Part shown: one piece after another, positions 49,006-62,110 of the stretch
Numbering within the stretch: the stretch's first letter is position 1
How the letters are laid out: the number at the start of each line of letters is the position of its first letter
Origin: Sminthopsis crassicaudata
Lineage: Eukaryota
Length of the DNA stretch: 64,000 bases
Assembly: GCF_048593235.1 (NCBI RefSeq)
Contig: NC_133617.1
Span: 345,778,067-345,842,066, forward strand
Direction: 5' to 3'
Program-made: the position numbers and the translations under genes
Notes under the pieces: generated by a model
Told to the model about the DNA's origin: nothing
The model's input: the letters and a program-made list of their open reading frames with translations, nothing else
The model's database searches: none

Positions 49006-51442
49006 CTGCAACTTCTTTTTTTGCCACAGAAATTTAATAAATGCTTGAAGAATTAATGAATGAATTAAATGAAATGCAGGAGAGACAATTTACATTAATT
49101 GTCTCCATACTGTAAAACTAGACTGAGTTTAGGAAACAACGAAAAAGTATTCACAGTACTTCTGCTACATCACTGGAGCAAAAAAGGAGGGCAGCCTTCA
49201 TTTTAGAAGTTAGGTTGACACCAGTATAAAAGTTTATCAGTAATATACCCTTGAATTCACAGAAATCAGCAGGACTTATCACCCTAAAGTTCTGCTCCAT
49301 AGTAGTGCCATTTCCAAAGATTCCTTGCCTATGTAGTCTTTTACTATCTGAATATTTATTTCACCTCCTAAATGAAATCCAATTTGAAGCTATTAATATT
49401 AATGCACTGAGATAATTCTGATGATGAATTAATAAAACACTTGGCCTCTCAATATGCTGTTTGCTCTTACCATTTAATGATGCTCTTAACTGGAAAGAGG
49501 AAGAGATAGAAGAGACTCCACCAGAAGCCTGAAAATTAGAAACCACTTCATTGTTTTTAGCTTGCTGCTTTAATGACAATCGATAAAATTGATTTTGGAG
49601 TAGAAAAGTATTTACTAAATCTTTACCATGTGCTACAATCTCTATTTAGATTCTTTGAGCATCATCAGCATGTAGCATTTCTTTAAGGTCCTAAGTTTGC
49701 CAATGAATGAAGTGCTAAATAAATTTTTGTACATTTTTCTTTGGCTACATTTTGATATTAAAAAATCACTTAGCTCATATTATTCTATTTTTCATAAAGT
49801 AGTGAGAGGAAATTGTTCTCAAGGAAGATTTAAATGTTCATATACTGTGTGTATGTATATATACATATCTATATTATGCCTATATATATATATAGATATG
49901 TGTTTACACATACATATATAATCTACATATAAATAAGTTTTAAAAAGTAGAATTCATACGTATTTCTCTTTATATATTTGGAAATTCAGTTCAATTTTCT
50001 ATTCAACAAGCATTTAGAATGTTCTTGCTATTTGAAAAATAATCTGGAGCCAATAGATTTTCATTTAAATAAATACAATTCACCTTCCACACTTTGCCAA
50101 ATTAGTCATCTAAAGGCCAATTTAATTTTAATTGCTTTACTTAAATTTTGTACTAATTCAAGACTGAATGCCCATCCATAAAATTAATTTACATTTAGCC
50201 ATTTTTTTTCAGGTGAAGGAAACAAACTACTCTTGGTCACTTGTGAAATATGTACACCATTGTGGGCTCTGTGTAATAAACTCATCTGTACTCTAATTAC
50301 AACTTTGTTATATTTTTCATCACAGGTGGGAATGGAACTCAGACACCCAAGCTATTAATTGAGTTCAGCTACTGTTGCTATAAGAGATGGACCAAACCAA
50401 AATTTGAATAAACTTCAAAACCAGAGCATCTGTTTATCTGAAATGAACAGGGCACTCAAGCCACACAGACCCAAACCAACTGATGTATTTTTCAACTTAC
50501 AAAATAGACATTTTTAATAAACATTAAAATTTTAGGAGACCAAGCAAGGATCATGCTGAAATCTATTCCAGGCAAACCTAATTTGTTCATTGTCATTTAC
50601 AGAGGGCTCTGTTCTATTTATTCTTCTATTAAATGGAAATGAGTTGTTACATGAGCAACAACTGCAGCATGGGAAACATGCCACCAGCTCCCATTTGTCT
50701 CACAATATTTAAAGGGCATCTGTTTGAGAATTATAAGGCTTGGTAGATTTTTCTCTGATGCAAAAAGAAAGGGGGAAAAGGTAGCATCAATTTTAATTGT
50801 TGGTAAATATGTGATTTTAGGAAATGAAAATGTGAATGAAAAATGGAAATGGAGGATTTCACAGAAAAGTGAAAAACATCTGCCACAACTGATATCCCAA
50901 CTTTCTTGGCTGTTCCTTCCTTGAAGACGTGAAAATAATCTATCTGAAATCACAAGACATCCTAACTTTAAAAGGACTGCTTGTGGTAACTCTTGTACAA
51001 TCAACAAAATTATTCCAGGCTCTTGAGCAGCTCATTCAAATGTAATATTATAATAAATGAAGTGACATTCTCCCCCGGGGCTAAAAACAGAAAAACAAAA
51101 CAAAACAAAACAAAAAACAACCCTCTTTCTATTTTCTTGATATATGAAAGCAAAAATTTAGAGAAAGATCGTATACTTCCTTAATATAATTAGAATACAC
51201 TTTTGAATCTAGCACTCTGTCCCATGACCTAGTTACAAACTTAGACACAATGCATTGCTTTAAAAAGCCTTACATCATGCAAAAACATAACTCATCATCA
51301 GGGGTATATTTTTATCTACTATACAGAAGCAGTAATGATTTTATATTCTCAGCTGCACACCTGCCAACTGACACCCATAACCCGGAAGGGTTCTCACACA
51401 CAGGACAATTTGATCTCAATTATCTGTAGTCATACAACTCAC

Positions 51443-51499
51443 CTGACCAGCATACAATCCCGACATGCAGGAGATAGTTAATAGTGATCTCTTTGCATT
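51443..51499 (-). other. Candidate 57-nt exon (or the 3' end of a first exon) with a perfect donor
   Basis: ...ATGTCGGGATTGTATGCTGGTCAG|gtgagttg, with a possible acceptor ctttctttttcggactaag|. Five CpGs within 51383-51564. Confidence 0.35.
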
Positions 51500-52576
51500 C
51501 TTAGTCCGAAAAAGAAAGCATTCCAGAAAAATATAAAATTACCCGTGAACTTTGTAGATCAACGTCTTGCATTTAAAACAAATAAAAAAAAATTTAAATG
51601 AACAAAGCATAGCTCTTGAGACTCCTCACTGGCCTTTCACCGCTATGATTGAACACATAATTCAAGGAAATAGAAATCCTTTCCACCAGCTTAAATGATC
51701 AAGTGAACTACTTTGGTCACATCAGCTGAGTATCTGGTGAACAGCTGCCACTACAAACTCAGCACACATATGGCACAGATGCCACTGTTACTCATTTTTT
51801 GCTATAAACGGGCCACAGTTCAGGCATAGAGTTGACATTTATATACAGAACTCCAGCAAAGTATGCTGTCATGCTTTTGTATCAGTCCCATAAATAGTGT
51901 GTGTGTGTATGCAAGATATTCCATGCTCTATACTGTCCACAAGAACTTTCATCAAATTATACCTTAAGATTTTTGTGTATATGCATGCATACAAGTATTA
52001 AAGACAGACACAAATGGGCATAATACTATAAATACACATACATATGTACATTTTGTTTGTTAGCACTATTTTAGTTGAGAATTGGATCCTAACTAAAAGG
52101 CTTCTACTATATTTTATAAAGCTACTTAATTATATGAATGAATCAGTGTGCCTTGAATTTCTTAGACATAAGAAATATGAGCAAAGGAGAAACAAAACAA
52201 ACAAAAAGAAAGGAGATAAAGACACCACAGCATATCATTTCTATCATTGGTATATATAAAATGCTTCCCCTACACTTTTAAGGTGATGAAAAGGACAACT
52301 AGATCGTGTCTAAATCAGCAGAGTTTGATATGATGTCAAAGCCTTTGGCTAAACATAGATTGACTTAATTCTTTCAATAATGAACTTTGGTCCAGAGCAC
52401 TTAACAACCACAAGAGGGAGAAACCCAATATAACAGAGAAAATCTCCTCATTCAGGTTATCTTGACTCTGCTGCAGGCAAAACATAGAAATATTTTTTTT
52501 AATCGAGATTCTCTGCAGCAGCCCTTTCCAAATGCCAGTATCCATCACTGATGACTGGATCAATAGCTCTGTTTTG

Positions 52577-52820
52577 NNNNNNNNNNNNNNNNNNNNNNNN
52601 NNNNNNNNNNNNNNNNNNNNNNNNNNNNNNNNNNNNNNNNNNNNNNNNNNNNNNNNNNNNNNNNNNNNNNNNNNNNNNNNNNNNNNNNNNNNNNNNNNNN
52701 NNNNNNNNNNNNNNNNNNNNNNNNNNNNNNNNNNNNNNNNNNNNNNNNNNNNNNNNNNNNNNNNNNNNNNNNNNNNNNNNNNNNNNNNNNNNNNNNNNNN
52801 NNNNNNNNNNNNNNNNNNNN
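52577..52820. other. Assembly gap (244 N)
   Basis: Run of n. Confidence 1.
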
Positions 52821-54299
52821 TGAAAAACTATCCAACTGAAACCATGAGTGCATATTTATCCATGCTTAAAGGTACCTGTAGGACTTGCAAATCTTACACA
52901 AAATGTCCTGTTAGGAAACAGATGGTGTTGCCCTTTAACCTATTGAATAACTACTAGAAAACCAAGCAAAAAATAAGCACTATATTTCTTCAATCAATAC
53001 AAAGAAAACACTTTATTATATTCCCTTCAAATAAAATATCAAAGTTGCCAAAAGTGCATTAGTTTACTTTGAAAGAAAACATATCAAAAAGTACCCTGAC
53101 TTTATCAAATGCTATAAAATCAAAAAATATTTTATTAAGAAAAAACTACCCTTGTTCAAAATCTTTGTGAACAAGTCTCATTTTGTAGTTCACTGGAAAC
53201 ACAGATATCAATGGTTTGCACATTAATTAAATTGGGTGGGTTTTTTTTTTTTTAATGATAATTTGAGTGTCCTCATCTTGAACCTGGGCAGGCCTCATTT
53301 TAAAAGGATCATTAAATGATCCTTTAAATTAATTTCTCTTACAATTACTTCTATATGTTCCTTGTTCTCTCATAGAAACCCTCCCCAAATGGAAGCATTA
53401 AGAAATTCCTAATGACTACTTTACTTTGGAAATAGGGTCCATTCCACAATGTCAACATATTATGATAACTAAATTTTCCATATTTTGAATTTTCTGATTT
53501 GTGTAATATCAAATATTAGCCATTTTGTTGGCTGAAGTATTTTGAACTATATTTTACTGGGGATTTTAATGTGCCCACAAAATCATTCCCTCTTCAGTTC
53601 TGTAGAAAATGAGCATTGCCTTCAAAATCAGAGATCAGCTATTTGTATTCAAATAGGAATAAATTAATTTTAAAAATTACTTGAATAACATGATCCTTAT
53701 CTTTTGAGAGCAATTCTTCACAAATTTCTTTCTTCAATTAAACCAAAAATGTATTTATTTCCGCTTTTGTGCAAATCTAGAATCTAGTTCTAGATATAAA
53801 AGAATATAATTCCTAAATAAATTTCTTTTTATTAATTAATTTGTTTAAAAAAATTTATTCCAGACTTATGATTTTGAAAATGTATTGAACTTCTAGAACA
53901 GAAACTCCCTTGGGCCTATAATTTTTTCACTGTAAGGAAATCTCAGTGTGGAAACACTGTTCATATTTTTGTAATATATAATCACAAAGAGTTGGATGTT
54001 GCACCAAAGGGTTTAGCAAGCTGCCCAAGATAGCACTGCAAAATATGGTCAAGGAAGTGCTGGAACAAAGGGCTTACTAACTGTAAAAATCTCCTATTTA
54101 TCTACTGTACCCTGTTACCCCCAAATTACAAAATCACAAACAAATAACAACCTTTCATTTTAAGTAGCCAGTTTGGTGCCACATAGTATGATAACCAGAA
54201 TATTCAGTGTTCTGTTTTATACACTCTACTTTTCCCCCCCAAAAGGGGAAAAAGTGAAAGTGAGGGACCCACCACAAAAAAATTGGAAGTTGAGAAGAT

Positions 54300-54710
54300 A
54301 CTCATAAATTGAGGAATGGCTCAACAAGTTATGATTTGTAAACGTAATGAAGCAGGTAATGGTTTTATGAAATCCTAGAAGGACTTATATGAACTGATGC
54401 AAAGTAAAATGAGCATATCCAGGGGAACAATGTACATAGTAACAACAATTCTTTAAGATAATAAAATTTGAAATAAATAATTCTGCTTCATACAATGATC
54501 TACTACAATTCCAAGGAACTTATGAATCAAACACACTTCTAGATAGAGAACTAATAGATTCAGAGCACAGACAGCAACATTTTTTTTTCTTGCCATTAAA
54601 AAAAAGTCTAATGTAGAAATTTATTTTGTATTGCTACACAGATTTGAAATAGACTTTGTTTTTCTTAGCTTCTCAATGAGTAGGAAACAATTTATAACTG
54701 AAAAATTTTT
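54300..54710 (+). mobile_element. Old L1 3' end fragment
   Basis: aattgaggaatggctcaacaagttatg...gacttatatgaactgatgcaaagtaaaatgagc...ggaacaatgtacatagtaacaac. Confidence 0.75.
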
Positions 54711-55224
54711 TGTTAAAGTCTATGCTCTTCCACTAAGTTAGGAAACTTAGCTTAGGCTTGTGTCTCAATCATTCCCTGGAATATCAAAATTTCTGTTTGT
54801 TTACTTATCCTGAGGCTTCTGGAGTAGAGTTCTACATTATACTCTGCTCTGGATGATCAACTCAAGTTGAGGACCTTTCCACTATTCCAGGATTTTTTCT
54901 TTAGTCCAAACTTTCCCTTTCTTTAGATTATGGTTTCCAACCATCCTTTTTCCTTCATTACAGACACAAAAGTATCCACTTCTGTGATTAGCCTTAGTTG
55001 GGAGAATGAAGAGAGGAAGGAAAACACTTTAATTTACTATTCAGTAAAATTGAAGCTTGCTTCCTCTTATGTAACAGACTTAGTTGAGGCCTTTTCCTTA
55101 AAGAGGGGAAGGGGGGAGAGACTTTAAAAAATATATTAACTTCATTGTATTAAGGTCCTTTGTTATTTGTTTTGTTTTACCATAATCAGTTAAATCCTCC
55201 CATCTTTTTTATCCTCTCCTCTTC

Positions 55225-55690
55225 NNNNNNNNNNNNNNNNNNNNNNNNNNNNNNNNNNNNNNNNNNNNNNNNNNNNNNNNNNNNNNNNNNNNNNNNNNNN
55301 NNNNNNNNNNNNNNNNNNNNNNNNNNNNNNNNNNNNNNNNNNNNNNNNNNNNNNNNNNNNNNNNNNNNNNNNNNNNNNNNNNNNNNNNNNNNNNNNNNNN
55401 NNNNNNNNNNNNNNNNNNNNNNNNNNNNNNNNNNNNNNNNNNNNNNNNNNNNNNNNNNNNNNNNNNNNNNNNNNNNNNNNNNNNNNNNNNNNNNNNNNNN
55501 NNNNNNNNNNNNNNNNNNNNNNNNNNNNNNNNNNNNNNNNNNNNNNNNNNNNNNNNNNNNNNNNNNNNNNNNNNNNNNNNNNNNNNNNNNNNNNNNNNNN
55601 NNNNNNNNNNNNNNNNNNNNNNNNNNNNNNNNNNNNNNNNNNNNNNNNNNNNNNNNNNNNNNNNNNNNNNNNNNNNNNNNNNNNNNNNNT
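55225..55690. other. Assembly gap (466 N) flanked by CT-rich low complexity
   Basis: Run of n. Confidence 1.
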
Positions 55691-55969
55691 TCTCTTCTTT
55701 ACTTTGTCATTTTTCTTCTTATCCTCCTCTTCTTCTTGCTCTGCCTTTTCACATTAGTTCTTTGTGGAATTTTTTTCCCATTTCGCTTTTTATCTCCTAA
55801 GTCTTTTACTTTCATTCATCCCTTAGAAGATTTCTTCAATGAAATCTTTCATTTTCAATTTTTAGAGCATATGGATCATATTACCAATTTCTAAGAGAAT
55901 AAGTAGGATATTCTACTTCATTTTCTCATCCTTCAGTAGATAATATACATAATATTCAGAAATCAAATA

Positions 55970-56740
55970 TTCTAGTATTTGATAAACAAAGGGTCCCAGC
56001 TACTGGGATAATAACTTAGTATTTGACTAAAGTGTTAGGAAAATTGAACATTGAATCTCATACGTTATAGAAAGGTAAGCTCTAAATAGATGTAAACAAG
56101 ATATAAAAGGTAACATCATAAATAAGTTGGAGAAACATGAAAAAAAAATACATATCCGGTCTATGGTTTTCAAGTTTTTCATGAAGAAACAAGGGTTTAA
56201 GAAAAATCACTGAAGATTAAATGTATGATTTTGATAATATCTTTTTTTATATAAAACAATACAATAAAGCTAAAATTAAAAAGGAAACAATTTACTAAAA
56301 AATCTTTGCAACAAGTTCCTTAGATAAAGCTCTTATTTATAAGTTGTATAAAAATTGCCTTAAATTCTTAATAACAAGGGTCAATTCTCAATTAATAAAT
56401 GGTCTTATAGTAGTCAAAAAATCTAGAACAATTATAGTATAGAAAAATTCCAAACTACTTATAAATTTAAAAAAAGAAACATTAAACCATTTCTGAGATC
56501 ACATGTCACAGTGATTTGCTTGAGAAAGGTGACCAAAAAAAAGGAAAATGATGTATGTTGGATAGGCTGTGGCAAGAAAAACACATTGATGAGCATGTCA
56601 TTGGCAGACTTGTGAATGGGTACAATCATTCTAAAAAACAGTTTGAAATCATAAACACACAAAAATTTACTAAACTGTGGGTACCTTTTGATCCAGCTAT
56701 ACCACACCCAGGCTTAAGTCAAAAGAGCTAATAGAAATAG
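55970..56740 (+). mobile_element. Old L1 ORF2 3' fragment
   Basis: Decayed homologues of FDKPKDP, CWRGCGK (tgttggataggctgtggcaag) and PFDPAI (ccttttgatccagctata). Confidence 0.7.
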
Positions 56741-59019
56741 AAAAAGACCATATATATATTATGTATGTATATACATATATATATTTGTAAACATTTATAT
56801 GTGTGATAGTAATGAAAAAAGTTGTTTTGTCTGACTGAATATTTGTCACAAACATTTTGCTTTTCTACTCTTTTTCTCCCCAATGTTGTAATGGTATGCA
56901 GGAGAGAAAATAGATTAATGAAAATAAAAAATATTTTTTATTAAATGGAGAAGTAGAGATCCTACAAATGTTAAATGTATATGCACTTTTAGATGAGGTC
57001 ACTGCATCATTAGTTTTGCTTACTTGTTTTACCAAGTTTTAAAATTCCTAAATATTTGTAATATAAAAACAAAATGTATTAAAATATTGTTTAAAACAGT
57101 CTACTAATTATTAATATTAATTCAACTTACTTTCTGGAAGTTGACCAAATAGCATGTCCAGTAGGTCAAAATCAGTGGTGTAGTTATATATTGCAAGTTG
57201 GATAAAAATGAATTTTTTATAATTACACAAGACTTTTATAATCCCATGTGCATGTTACTTCATGGAGTATCAATTATTCAAACTCCTCTTGAAAAATTTC
57301 AGAAATATTTATCTTCATCCCAGAAATGTCCATTCTATATTAGCAACTGCCAGTCCAAATCTTACATGTCTTTCTTACAATCATACATGATAGGCTTTTA
57401 GGAACTCTGCCAAATACCTTGAACGGGAGATTTAAGAAATAGAAAGTAGAAAATGAGTCATTTTTCATCCACAGTAGTAAAACAACAAATGCCATTTATT
57501 TAGATAAATGTATAATAAATTCTAAAAGTATGAACTGCAGTACATTGTTATATTTAAAATTCCTGTGAACTACAATAGAACTATGCTTAGTCATTTAAAT
57601 GTCTTTAACTTTGCATCATAATTTAGAAGGGTTGAGGTGATTTGCTCAATAAAATCAAAAAAGACATTCAAGCAGGTGAACAATATTCTCTTATGTTTTT
57701 GTTTGTTTTTGTTCAGTGTCTTCCTTTCAAATTAATTTTTAGCACATGAAGCACAAATATCCTTTTAATCTTGTCAGCCCCACTGTGGTTGTGCATTACA
57801 ACTTTTTAGCAGAGGCATCACAGTCTGGCAATCAGTCAATTATTAAACATTTATTAAGCATCTACTATGTGTCAGGCATTATGCTAAGTACTAGGGAAAA
57901 AAAGGAAAGTGAAAAGATGGTCTCTGTCTTTGAGGAGCTCATAGGATATGTGAAGAAGCAATAAAAATAAAAACCATTATTTTATTTCTGTCTATTTGAA
58001 TGTAACAATCATTTTTATTTACTATTTTCTTTTGTCTTAATTTCAGTTGTAGAACTGTAGAACTACATTTACAATATATGTTTCTTTTTCCTTTTATATT
58101 TTCCTTTTTGAAGAACAGTATTTCTAAAAATCTTAGCAGACACATGGTGTTAACAGAACAGATCATGCTCTGGGAATCTTAAGAATTGAATTTGAATCTC
58201 CCTTCCTCAGCTAATCCATGTGTGACGCTGTGCCTTAATTTTTCCATCTTTGGGGAATAAGAACAGTACCATAGTGAAAAATAAGTTAGATTTAGTCACA
58301 AGACCTGAGAGGCTCATTAGTTTGTGATGAAAAGTATCTGAGCTATAGTTCTGGCTCTACTATTTCCTACCCTGATAAAGTCCATGAACTTTATTAGCTC
58401 TCACATTTCTCATTTATAATGAAGGGGTAAGCTAGATGGCCTTAAGATCTCTTCCTTCTCTAAATATTTTTAAGATTCCTTTCAATTTTAACTCCTACAA
58501 TCCTAGGTTATTCTTAAGACCAATAAGTTAGTGAATTGGAAAATATTCTCAAAAAACAAGCAAACAAAAAAGGTTATGTCAAGATGTTATTTTAAAATTA
58601 TAACATCATTTTCATCTTCATCACTATGCTAATCATTGTCATTATTTCTACCTAGTAAATTATAAGAATTAATCCAAGAAACTTATCAGTCTCCTAATAT
58701 AGTCATGATACTTATTCCAAATATTCATAATTTTATTCACATAAGTTTTCTTTACCTTGACACAGTCATCACTTCATCCCTATACATCCAACATGTCTTA
58801 AAAGATAATATTTATGAGTTAGCAGCAGTTTACAAATGACTTAAACTCATAGTCAGGGCTATCTGTATATAAGTCCTATTTCTAGCACATTGGCTATGTG
58901 GGCAAGTTATTTAATCTTTCAGTGTTCCAGACAAGCAACTCTCTAAATGTGTAGTTTTTAGAATAAGTACCAATCATTGGGAATTCCCTCTACCATTTCT
59001 CATGTGGGCCCTCTTCTCT

Positions 59020-59760
59020 CAAAAATCTTCACCTCTCTGGCCTAGGCAATCATCATCTTCCATTTGCAACATTGCAATAGTCTCTATATTAGTCTGCCTG
59101 TCTCATGCCTTTCCCCATTCTGATCTGTCCTCCAGTCAGTCACTGAAGTGATCTGAAGAGCAGTTCCAACGTGACCCTCACCCCTACTCAGTAAACTCCA
59201 ATGGCTCCCCATGGCCTCCAAGATCAAATACAAAATTCTGTGTGGTATTTAAAGCTCTTCACATCCTTTATGTTGTTTAATTAATTCAGTCACGTATGGC
59301 TCTCCATGACTCCATCAGATGTTTTCTTGACAAAGATACTGAAGTATTTTGCCATTTCCTTCTCCAGCTCATTTCACAAAGGAGAAAACTGAAAAAAAGC
59401 AGGGTTAGGTGACTTGTCCAGGGTCACACAGCAAGTACGTGTCTGAAGCTAGATTTTAACTCAGACTTTCTGACTCCAGGCCTAGTACTTTCATCTGCTG
59501 TGCCACCTAGTTGGCCCATAATCTTCCATCACAATTTAGTCCCCTCCTACTTTTCCAGTCATCTTCCTCCTTATGGCAGGGGCCTTGTAATATTTAATCC
59601 ATTGACATTGGACTCCTTACTATTCCAGGAAAAAGACATTTCATCTCTTGACTCTGGGAATTTTTTCTGCCTGTTTCCTATGCCTGTAATAGTCTCCTTC
59701 ATCATCTCTGCCTATTGGTCTCCCTGGTTTACTTTAAGTCTCAAGTAAAATCATATCTTC
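59020..59760 (+). mobile_element. L2 fragment with a nested antisense MAR1-type SINE (about 59275-59510)
   Basis: L2 motifs (aaactccaatggctccccatggcctccaagatcaaatacaaa) are interrupted by ttttcttgacaaagatactgaagtattttgccatttccttctccagctc... Confidence 0.7.
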
Positions 59761-60369
59761 CACAGGAAAAAACAAGGAAAAAAGGAAGAAGAGGAGAGAA
59801 GGAAGAGATAACACTAAAATTTTACAATTATTACATTATTTGATCCTCACAAGAAGCCTGGAAGATGGGTATAATTATTATCCCCATTTTTATAGTTAAG
59901 GATACTGAAATAAACAGAGATTAAGTGATTTGAGATAAACCAAGGTTAAATGGTTTGCCCAAGGATACTACTTTTTGAGGCCCATATTAAATGCATGTCT
60001 TCCTGATTCCAGGTTCATTGCTCAACCCATTGTACCTTCTAGCTTTCCCACAGGAATTCTCTGTACAGTATTGAGCATGTCCTATATTTGCAAATGACAA
60101 ATGTACCTTTTAAAAATTTATTAAAAGATAAGAAAAGAAAAGATGTGCTGTCCATTTTTTAGTTAGATCAGAATTGTCATGTATTCAGTATTTGAAAAAG
60201 GTACTTCTTCACATGGTAACACAGAATTACTACAGATTTATAATTTACTAATTTTTTAAAAGATATCTTGAGAGAGAGAAAAGAGAGACAGAGATAGCAA
60301 CAGAGACAGATAGAAAAAAAAGGGAAAGACATATACCCGGATGCACACAAAAAGCAGAAACAAACAGAC

Positions 60370-60915
60370 TGATAGATGGACTCTTAAAGCACACGTCTGA
60401 CCATGTAATTTCTCTATTCAATAAACTCAAGTGACTCCCTATTACCCCCGAATCAAGTAGAAACTTTTTTCAGTTTTTTTTTTTTTTTCAGTTAGAGTTT
60501 TTTCACAGCAAAATCTCTTCTTATTTTTCCATTTAAAAAAATATTTTACTCTCCTGTGTGCTCTCTAAGCAACACTGGGCTATTTGTTATTTCTCACACA
60601 AGATAGTCCAGCTCCTCTTTCTATGCCTTTGCAAAGGCAATCCCTTAGCCTGTAAATTTCTCCCTCCTCATCTACAACTTTTAGAACCTCTATTTTCCTT
60701 CAAGACTCAACTCAAACACCATCTCCAATAGATATTCTTTTCCATTCTTTCCCTCCTTCTAGCTATTAGTATCTTTCCTTGTAAGGTTAGCTCTTATTAA
60801 CTGTATGTGTACTATATTAATAATTTATTTGTTATTTTAAAAATAGAATGTAAGATCCTTAAAGGCAAGGCCTATTTTTGCCTTTTCCTTATTTTCTTAT
60901 TTCCTGGGATATAGT
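60370..60915 (+). mobile_element. L2 3' fragment
   Basis: tctgaccatgtaatttctctattcaataaactcaagtgactccctatt...tagaatgtaagatccttaaaggcaagg...agtaggtattgaataaatg. Confidence 0.7.
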
Positions 60916-60959
60916 AGGTATTGAATAAATGGATACTGATAAGGATAGATAGAGAGAGC

Positions 60960-62110
60960 TAATCACTGAAGAAATAAATATATGTAAACAAGACAATCTC
61001 TATCATCAGAAAACTTACATCCTAATGAAGGAAGATCACATATAAAATGAAGCTATTCCCTACGGAGGGGGGAAAAAGGTATCCATATAGGGACAAGGCA
61101 ATAAAAACAAAAAGAAGTCAGAGTTAGGAAGTATGAAAGAAATAAAGTATGACTAGGGCCTCTCCTGGAAAAGTAGGCTTGCCTAGGCAGTCACAGATTA
61201 GGAGAGTGGGCCTTCAGGCAAAGGTTTCTCAAGGTTAGAACAACAAATAGAGAAGAGGATAAAAGTCTAGTGAGTAAGTTGAGGAATGAGTGAGGACTGA
61301 TTGATCCTATTACCTGATATGCAAATTTAAGGAAGGGCTTGATTTGCTGAGTGAGACCATGAATTCCACTTTAGATGTGTAAAATTTGAGATACCTAGGG
61401 GCTATAAGGTTGAAGGTAGCTAATGGGTTACTGGTAATATAAGACTTTTACTCAAGAAATAGGTTAGAACTGAGGACCTAAATCAGAAAATCTCTGCAAA
61501 GAAATGACAATTTCTTTGGTATTAGTAAAATGAAGAAGAAAAGCGGGTCTGTGGTAGGGCCTTATGATGCAATTAGCATTAATGATAATCCAGCAAAGGA
61601 GAATGAAAAAGAGAAGTCAAATAGATAGGAGGAGAACTAGAGAGATATGAAGTAGAAGCCAAGAGTGACCAAGAGTGTTAAAAGCTGGAGAGAAGTTAGG
61701 AAGCATAAAAGTAGAAAACAAAATAAACCTATCTGATTTAGCAACAAAGAAATTCTTGGTAATCTTAGAAAGCAATTTCATTATATTGATGAGGTTAGGA
61801 GCTAGACTCCAAAGTATTGAGGAGCAAGAGAACAGAAAGGAGAGAGAAGCTGAAGAGTGCTTTTAAAAAATGAAAGGAAAGAAAGATAAAATAGTTTCTT
61901 TTAAAAACTAGTTATTCTTGTTAGGTAGACTACATGTGAAAAGAGGGGAGAGCTGATATAATTTTCTACCGACCAGTCTCTTTACCAGGACATCTTTGTC
62001 CTTCTGCAACCAATCAGCAAGCAAGTTTAAAGGCTTATTATTTACTGAGCAATATACTAGAGGCCGGGGATACAAAATAAAAGTGAAAAGGTCCTGATAC
62101 CAAGGAACTT
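60960..62110 (-). mobile_element. L2 fragments, antisense
   Basis: gaattccactttagatgtgtaaaatttgagatacct..., gatttagcaacaaagaaattcttggtaatcttagaaagcaatttca. Confidence 0.55.

Noticed and set aside
50618-51007. 129-aa minus-strand ORF
   Set aside because: No recognisable domain or splice support, and its composition reflects the T-rich strand.
1257-55894. Long ORFs in the track that span N runs (1257, 48427, 52532, 55160 and others)
   Set aside because: They are open only because N codons contain no stops.
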